DNA of 64,000 nt from Eledone cirrhosa (Eukaryota). The notes below the pieces were generated by a model, which had not been told where the DNA came from, did not search any database, and saw only the letters and a list, made by a program, of their open reading frames with translations. The position numbers and the translations under genes were made by a program. Positions 60,555 to 64,000 of the stretch are shown in pieces (position 1 is the first letter of the stretch; every line of letters begins with the position of its first letter). The DNA lies in the NCBI GenBank assembly GCA_964016885.1, contig OZ024753.1, positions 5,456,001 through 5,520,000 of the forward strand, given 5' to 3'.

Positions 60555-61211
60555 AGAGACCTGGGCGTTGTATGTAGAAGACTTGCGTAAATTAGAAAGA
60601 AACGATTAGAAACGATTGCATGCTCCGATAGATGTGTAATAGTAATATACGCAAACGGCAAATCATAAACGAATTGAGAGAGAGACTGAGCATAAGAGGA
60701 ATCAAATGATGTGTGCAGGAGAGGAGGTTACGTTGGTATGAGCATGTGATGCATATGAAGGATGACAGCTGCATAAAAAGGTGCAGAGCACTAGAAGTCG
60801 ATGGAAGCCGTGGAGTGGGGAGACCCAAGAAGACCTGGGATGAGGTGATAAAAGCCGACCTTACCCAACTGCACCTCTAAAAGGCGATGACATACGACCG
60901 TGACCTCTGGCGTCATGCAGTAATATAGAAGATCTGACTTCCCACGGGTAGAAGCCGAAGCTGAAGCATATAGACAATATGCCACCCCACCCCCCACTGC
61001 AAAGTGATCGTGGAGGTGCCACGGCAAAAAAGCACCCAGCCCACACTGTTAAGTTGGATGTGTATGCGCCACGGAAAAAAAGCACCCAGCACTCACTGTA
61101 AATGAGGTTGGTGTTAGGAAGGGCATCCAGCTGTAGAAATCAAGCCAGAATCAGTTCCCGTCCCACCCTTGCAAGCAGGGAAAAGTGGACGTAAAATGAT
61201 GATTATGATGA
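60555..61211 (+). mobile_element. Degenerate RTE 3' fragment (subfamily of 63085-64000)
   Basis: [14 protein letters not shown]; 3'UTR and (GAT)n tail. Confidence 0.88.
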
Positions 61212-61777
61212 TATGTAGTGACCTACATTGTGATGGCTCATGGATACATTTACGTACATTGTTTGGCTCAGTTCAGCCAATCGCTACCAGCGTAGGAAAA
61301 TGTATCTTGACTTCCGTCCAGAGGGAAAACTTCTCGGTGCTATTCGAAAATCTCTCTCTTGCAGCTCGACACCACCAAGGTAACCATCTCTTGATTTCGT
61401 TCCTCAAGCATAGACAATATGTAGCAACAACTATCACTACGGGTCTGGCTAATGCCTCAGCCAGTTGACCGTACCTCCTTAAACTCTTAATTTGTCTATT
61501 CATTTCTCTTGGCATTACCTTTGTAATCTGTTTGTAAATAAATTATATATTATAAACATTATAAAGTCATATGATGCTATTTTCCACAACATTGCTTTTA
61601 ACATCTTCAATGGTGACTTCTGTGATACAATACACAAATTCTCAACACATACATATATATCATCTATTAACTTCCTCCAATCTAGAGATACTATTTCTAA
61701 ACGTACATACAGACACATACATGCATACATAAATACATACATGCATAAATACATACATGCATACATACACACTCATT

Positions 61778-63083
61778 GCTATGTAGGCACCTTAAAAGGT
61801 CGCTCTAACGAGGTTGTAGAAATGCTTGAATGTAAGGAGGTCGATGTTTGTTGTATTCAAGAGACCAGGTGGAGGGGTGGGTCTGCTAGATTCATTGTGG
61901 GAAAAGTGGGCAGATAAGATAATAGACGTAAATAGAGTGAACGACAGAATAATTAAAGTAAGACTTGTCCTCAATAAAACTACGGTGACAGTAATATCTG
62001 CATACGCACCCCAATCCGGACTGCCCGGCACTATAAAAGACAGATTCTATGAGACACTGATGCTCACTACCTCCCAAATAACCGACAGTGACTATATAAT
62101 TATTGCAGGCGACCTAAATGGTCACGTTGGACAACATTGTGACGGCTATGACGGAATCCATGGAGGCTATGGGTTCGGTACTAGAAATGAGGAAGGCTCC
62201 AGAATCCTGGAATTCTGTGACGCAAATAACCTAACTATCTGTAACACTAACTTCAAAAAACGAGACAATCACTTGATCACCTATAGATCGGGGGAACACA
62301 AGCCAGGTAGATTATATCCTTACCAGAAGACGTGACAGAGTGTCTGTTGTAAACACTAAATCCCTCCCCCATGAAGAATGCACCTCCCAACATAGACTGA
62401 TAATTAGCGACCTCATAGTCAGGACAAGACGTACTAGACAGTAGAAGAGGACTATCCTCAGGAGAAAAATATGGAAGCTAAAGGACCCCACAGCCAGAAA
62501 TAAATTTCAAAGCATATTACTTGATGCTTTCGACAGTAAGGAAGAGCAATTAGAGTCGTACAATATAGAGGAGCAGTGGGAATTCCTGAAAGCAAACCTG
62601 CTGATGGCGGCAGACGAAGTCTGTGGCTGGAGCAGGCCTGTAGGCAGGAGGAGAGTAACATGGTGGTGGAACAGTAAGGTGGAGGAGTTAATTAAGGCCA
62701 AAAAGCAGGCTTGGAAAGTATGGCGGGATGGGGGAAGTAGAGAAGACTATCAAGTGGCCAGGAGGGAAGCTAGGAGACAAGTGTACTTCGCAAGAAGGGA
62801 AGCAGAGGAAAGAAAGTTCAAGCATGTTCTACAACGTGAGGACCAAAATCGTGAGGTGTTCAGGATTGCTAGGCAATGTGTCAAGGAAAACCGTGATATT
62901 GTCGGAGAGAAGTGTGTACTTAATGATGATGGCGTACTTGCCATCACTGAGACGCTGATAAGAAGGAAGCTTGGAAGTGTCACCACAAAAGGCTTCTAAA
63001 TGAGGAGAATAAATGGGAGAAAGACAGTCTCCCCCACATCGACCCAATAGAGGGACCAGCAGTGTTAGTCGAAGGTAGTATAA
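61778..63083 (+). mobile_element. RTE LINE 5' region: APE endonuclease and linker, degenerate
   Basis: VGTLKGR..CCIQETRW, SAYAPQ, GDLNGHVG, YGFG.RN.EG, NT.F.K, WWWN; deletions and frameshifts. Confidence 0.9.
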
Positions 63084-63084
63084 T

Positions 63085-64000
63085 CATTATCATCATCATC
63101 ATCACCGTTTTACGTCCGTTCTTCCACGCTAGCATGGGTTAGACGGGTTGTCCTGTTGTGGGCAGTGTCTGGTCGGCTGACCATGCCTTGCTCATACAGG
63201 AACTGATCTGGCTTGATTTCTACAGCTGGATGCCCTTCCTAACACCAACCTCATTTACAGTGAGTGCTGGGTGCTTTTTCGTGGCGCCTACACGTCCACT
63301 TTACAGTGTGGGCTGGGTGCTTTTTTGCCGTGGCACCTCCACGACCACCTTGCGGTGGGGGGAGTGGGGGCATATTGTTTATATGCTTCAGCATGTACCC
63401 ATGGGAGGTCGGGTACCCTGTATTACTGCGTGACGCCAGAAGTCACGGTCGTGTGTCATTGACTTTGAGAGGTGTAGTTGGGTAAGGTCGGCTTTTATCA
63501 CCTCATCCCAAGTCATCTTGGGTCTCCCCACTCCGCGGTTTCCATCAACTTCTAGTGCTCTGCACCTTTTTATGCAGCTGTCATCCTTCATACGCATCAC
63601 ATGTCCATACCAGCGTAACCGCCTCTCCTGCACGCAGCATTTGATTCCTCTTATGCTCAGTCTCTCTCTCAATTCCTTTATGCTTTGTCGTTCACGTATA
63701 TTACTGTTACACATCCATCGGAGCATGCAGGCTTCGTTTCTCTCTAATCTACGTAAGTCTTCCACCTTCAGCGCCCAGGTCTCACTACCATGCAACATCG
63801 CTGTTCGGATACACGCATCATACAGTCTGCCTTTCATTCTGAGGGAGAAGCCTTTTGCAGCTAGCAGTGGTAGTAGTTCCCTAAACTTCTTCCATCCCGT
63901 TCTTACCCTAGTTATTGTACTTTCTGAGCACCCACCTCCGTTGCTAATTCGGTCACCTAGGTAGCAGAAGCTGTCTACTGTTTCTACAGGGCCCTCCCAG
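63085..64000 (-). mobile_element. RTE LINE 3' portion running off the window
   Basis: ORF 63388-63837 with LHGSETW and RRLRWYGHV; tail at 63085-63105. Confidence 0.95.

Noticed and set aside
61215-61520. Possible hAT transposase remnant (LW..K.HFPTL)
   Set aside because: Motif order and similarity are too weak.

Overview
AT-rich eukaryotic (animal) genomic DNA with no convincing host protein-coding gene. The repeat mix (huge TA/TACA microsatellites, tRNA-derived SINEs, RTE and CR1-like LINEs) suggests a coleoid cephalopod such as Octopus; this is inference. The window contains a near-intact CR1/L2-group LINE (CCCH ORF1 plus APE-RT ORF2), about 10 RTE fragments, three Penelope-like elements (PLEs; two Naiad-like, one Neptune-like GIY-YIG), a DD37D mariner, piggyBac and hAT MITEs, Helitron remnants and a 28-bp satellite. 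All long YIYI ORFs are microsatellite artefacts. The most striking unannotated layer is a dense set of minimal type I hammerhead ribozyme (HHR) motifs from several families. These include an ORF-less, circularly permuted 396-432-nt element resembling a retrozyme, fold-back palindromes, and core variants (U4A; compensatory U3-A8). Other leads are in-phase -1 slippery sites in the LINE ORF1/ORF2 overlap, an in-frame UGA at a conserved PLE cysteine, and many locally copied snippets embedded in (TA)n arrays. All folds and alignments were made by eye.
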